Source: the human T2T-CHM13v2.0 reference genome, Homo sapiens | Assembly (NCBI RefSeq): GCF_009914755.1 | Contig: NC_060927.1 | Direction: 5' to 3' (one strand) | Length of the DNA: 64,000 nucleotides | In this document: in pieces, positions 60,013 to 64,000 of the stretch | Numbering within the stretch: position 1 is the first letter of the stretch | How the letters are laid out: the number at the start of each line of letters is the position of its first letter | Program-made: the position numbers and the translations under genes | Notes under the pieces: model-generated | What the model was told of the DNA's origin: nothing | The model's database searches: none | Seen by the model: the letters and a program-made list of their open reading frames with translations, nothing else

Positions 60013-61689
60013 AAGGGTGGGGGTTTTATGAAGAGAGACCTTTCATTCAAAATATTACTAAATAATAACTTTGCAATGTGGTGTCACACAAGCAGCTGGG
60101 TGTCTAAAAACTAAAAAACTTAAACATCCTTAAACTATTTTTCTTGAAGTCCAGCTTTCACCAGTAGCCCAGACTTTTCCTTTCTCTGGATTTTTGCTTC
60201 CTAGTTGTCCTCTTGGGGAGAAAAACTTTATCTCATTCACCATCTGCTATTCTTCCTCTCTGCTTTTGCAAAGAAATCCTTTTTCTGAAATCCCATCATC
60301 ACAGCCACTCACTGGAGCTCTTAATCACACACTTCCTTACCTATTACTTAACTTCTTCCCATGTTAGTTACCACCTTTACTTCTTTACTCATTTTTCATT
60401 ATTATTTATAACATACCTACTTTTTTAAAAAATTGAAATGATCCATGATAAAAGACACATGCTACTGCCTCTTTGGTAATACCTCCCATAGCTCTCTGCC
60501 TGGCAAACTATATGACTCACAGTTGAAGCTATGGACTTGTCTGGACTGCATCTTCTCCCTCCACAAACAGTGGGACTGGGCTCATACTGAATCTAATGCA
60601 GCCTCTTATAGAGCTGCTGAGCCATCATTTTTGTTTACAGGATTGCAACCCACCAAGATTATGAGATTTACAGTCACAATTGTAAATCAAAATTTACAAT
60701 TTTAGGGGAAATTTTTCTTTCTCCTAAAACTAGCACAGAAAAGATGTTTGATAACCAAATCAATTAATGAATGTAGGGCTATAGATTTAGAAATTAAAAT
60801 TTAAGAGAGATAAAAGGGTAAGCAAATGAACAAAACAGCAAAGCTACAAGATACTTCATACAGTACATTAAATCTCATTTTGGCCTTCCTGAAAGTTAAC
60901 AGAGAAAAGAAAATAAGAGTTTGGATTCATTTGTTTCCCTCCCCTCAATTTCTTTTACTTTTTGTATGAAAATTTTCCAATTCTTTTTCCTATTCTACAC
61001 AGTTGTTAAGCAATCTCTTGTTACATGTTCATATTTGATATTTAAATAAAGCTTTTCTTTTCAAGCATTATAATACAAAGTCTACTAGTCCCTCACCTTA
61101 CATGTTGATAAGCAGAGTTAAAAAACAAACAAACAAACAAAAAGAAAGCTGATAGCACACTCTTTAGAATGGCTGCAACAAGCAAAAATATTTACTTTTT
61201 AATTTTCTTTCAGGAATATATCAAGCACTTATGAAACATGTGCTTCCCAGTTAATTCAGATCATGTTCTGTTTCCCCAAATGTGTATATCTTGTCAGCTC
61301 AAACACAAGTGGCCCCTGAATCTCAATCTCCACTCACCGCTCCTACTCATTAAAATTCTGGTGGGATGGTGAGAATGTAATAAAAAGATATATGTGAGCT
61401 TTATTTGCAAATATAAAAGCATGTCCCCACAGTATAGCAGAGAGAGAGAGAGAAAAAAAATTCAATTCAGTAGCTTTCCCATTCAAAGTTTGTTAATAGA
61501 CGGGAAAGAAAATTCAACTCATAATACATGATGAGAACCTTTTTCACTGATTAACATTATACGAATAGTTTTGCGCGAAGTATTTGTGTGGGTAAATATT
61601 AGCATACAATTATTATTCACTCACTTGCTGATGACAGCACACTTTCCAGAAACAGCTGGGAAATGCAGAAGGAACAAGCTCACGAGTAA

Positions 61690-61890
61690 GCACCTACTGT
61701 GTGCTAGGAACTCCAAGTATATTTCCATTTAAGCTCCCTAAACATTTGAGAAGTATGCATCCATCACTTGTAGTACATAGATGAAGAAACTGATGCTCAC
61801 GGAAACTAAGTAACTTGCTTAAGATGACACAAAAGAGGGAAGAAAAACCAGAATTCAGATCTGGGTTTGTCTGATTCCAGAGCACACGCT
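61690..61890 (-). mobile_element. MIR SINE
   Basis: agcacctactgtgtgctagg...agatgaagaaactga...aagtaacttgcttaagatgacaca. Confidence 0.85.
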
Positions 61891-62240
61891 GATTTTTCTA
61901 CATTGGGTTGCCACCTGGAAGTAATCTCTTAGTATTGAGAACCTTCCCCCAGAAAACAAGCATGTCACCTGAGCCCAACTAACCCAAAAGTATTCACCAT
62001 CATTCTCCAAACACTTTTTTCCTGGCTTTCCCATTATTTTAACAAGTTATGTGAGTGGAAGAATAGAACAAATCACATCCTTTCTTTACAAAGGAATTTA
62101 GAGAACAAAACCCATCATTAATATTTCCCTCTTTCATCATCAACTTTCCTGTAATTCAGATAAGCAAAAACTCAGCCACCTAGATTTTTATAGCCGCATT
62201 GGCAAGAGTGTGAAGGATTCCAGCAGCAAACATACACGCA

Positions 62241-62400
62241 AGGTCAGGAAGTGCCAAAGCCACCAAGAGTACATGTGACTTCGGGGGTTGGGGGCGGGTG
62301 CGCCTGCCCACCCACCACAAATCTTAGCCATCTGGGCTGTGGAGAAAAAAAGGGAGGGGAGACATTTTGTGGCATTGCTCTGCACTTCCTCAGCTGTCCC
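62241..62400. promoter_or_regulatory. Candidate enhancer or alternative promoter (ETS, RUNX, E-box and GC-box cluster)
   Basis: aggaagtg, catgtgac, ggggcggg, accacaa, cacttcctc and cagctg within 160 bp of non-repeat DNA that retains CpGs; motif evidence only. Confidence 0.5.
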
Positions 62401-62415
62401 TAACGGCAGCTCCAG

Positions 62416-62418
<3 letters not shown>

Positions 62419-62447
<29 letters not shown>
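62419..62447. repeat. Poly-A tract (~29 nt)
   Basis: Directly visible; no SINE or LINE body recognised upstream. Confidence 0.95.
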
Positions 62448-62450
<3 letters not shown>

Positions 62451-63544
62451 TAGACTGGCATATCTGATTTTAAAAATATGTCCACAAATGAATATATAAT
62501 AAGTTTAAAATATGGGGGGACTGGAAGGAAATACATCAAAAGATTAATAAAAGTTATCTCTGGATAGTGAGATGATCCATTTGCGAGCTCTGTGTTTTTC
62601 TAATTCTTCCAAAATTATCAGAAAAATATTATTTTTATATGAAAATAGTTCTATGTAACTATATGTAGTATATTATTTTAAATATTTCCGTTTTCAAACT
62701 TAAAAAAAACAGTTGCATCTAGAGGGTGGTAGCCTGACTATTTAGAATAACTGCCCTCCGTTAGGTCTCAGATAATTGAAGTAATACTCAGGTTTTAACG
62801 ACTACCCACACAAACCACTTTGGATGTGCCCAAATTGCCTTGTTCTTGGTGGGTATCCAATGGGTCAGAAGATCTATTTAACTGGGTGCTTTGAATTGTT
62901 TGTGCCAGAAGTTTTCTTTTAGCTGGGGTCTCTTTCCTGTTTCATCATCAATTTTTAAGTTCCTAAAATACATCCAGTAAATTTACCAGTTTCCTTCATC
63001 TATGGTGCTGAAACTTAATAAATTGCTCTTTTTTCAGCTGGAATGTCACGATGTCCAGTTTATTCATTCATGGCCTTACCTGTGTGTCTCTGACAATATT
63101 ACTACTTTGGCTTTCACAAGATTCATATTCCTGAACTATGGCTTATGGCTCAAATCCAGCAGCTCTCACACAGGGCACCTCCTTGAGTATTCATGGCAAT
63201 TACTGATGCTTAAAGATGAAAGTCTTGGACCACAGCGTGCCATTTAATGTACTTCTGACCTTGCAGATCTGTGTGTGCTTAACTTCTCCACGTGGATCTC
63301 GCATCCTCCCAGGGTGCTACGCCGAATAAGAGATTATACATCAGGGGAATCACTTTGCAGTCACCGAGACAGTGTTTTGAAAACGAAGGAAGAATGCAAA
63401 TGTGTAGAAACTACTGAAGAGATTTTACCAGCAGGTAGTTTATAAACTCAAAACCAGGAATATTGCCTCTAAGGATTGCAGCTTGACCAATTTTTTAAAG
63501 TGTATCTTTGTTATTTTTTTGTGATACTCTCTACCAACATTTAG

Positions 63545-63545
<1 letters not shown>

Positions 63546-63575
<30 letters not shown>

Positions 63576-63582
63576 TTTTTTT
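63546..63582. repeat. (TTTC)n microsatellite
   Basis: Directly visible. Confidence 0.95.
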
Positions 63583-63604
63583 AAATAGCTGGGTTACACA
63601 TACC

Positions 63605-63775
63605 TAGAATCACAGAACAGTGGATCTGGAAGGGAAATTAGGGATCCTCAACTTCAACCTGTTCATGTTAAAGATTAGGAAAGCTGTGGATGTGAGGGGT
63701 CAGGTGATGTGATGGAGGCCTCACAGAATGAGTGGCAGAGAGGGCCCCAGAAATAGCTTACTCTGTTTTCCTATC
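63605..63775 (-). mobile_element. MIR3/MIR remnant
   Basis: agaatcacagaac...ctggaagggaaattagggatc...ggaaagctg...tcacagaatgagtggcagag. Confidence 0.65.
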
Positions 63776-64000
63776 ATTTGTAGGTAGCAAAGTATATAAT
63801 TACCACTTTTGTCATTAGACAGTTGTTACATAAAAGAGTAGTCTTGCAGGTAAAAATAATTCTAATAAGATATTCACTTACAATTAAATAATTCTAACAG
63901 TGTGAAGGTTCACTTATGATTTTTTTAAAAATTATCATGAAATAACAAACATGTAGCCATGTTGAGGTGGGAGAAAAGGGGTCCTTACGTCTAAACAGCA

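Overview
This window is primate, most likely human, AT-rich and CpG-depleted non-coding DNA. It looks like part of a large intron or an intergenic region. I found no recognisable protein-coding gene, RNA gene, CRISPR array or prokaryote-type system. The longer ORFs in the track are translations of Alu, L1 and microsatellite sequence. Much of the window is interspersed repeat: about 13 Alu pieces, L1PA2/PA4/PA13-16 3' fragments, old L1M and HAL1 fragments, MIR, L2, MER31-like, MST, MLT1 and MER54-group LTRs, and hAT-Charlie MITEs. Subfamily names come from remembered consensus sequences, and boundaries of old elements are approximate. The best-supported unusual structures are: (1) a ~190-bp, ~97%-identical local inverted duplication (13867-14079 vs 14439-14629) embedded in the microsatellite tail of an Alu, with a second small template-switch event inside one arm; (2) an L1PA insertion carrying a short 3' transduction between its target-site duplications (TSDs); (3) a dense ETS/RUNX/E-box/GC-box motif cluster near 62.3 kb. 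L1 and LTR orientation bias and several splice-site-like motifs hint at a minus-strand host gene that I could not identify. I see no evidence for a previously undescribed biological system.
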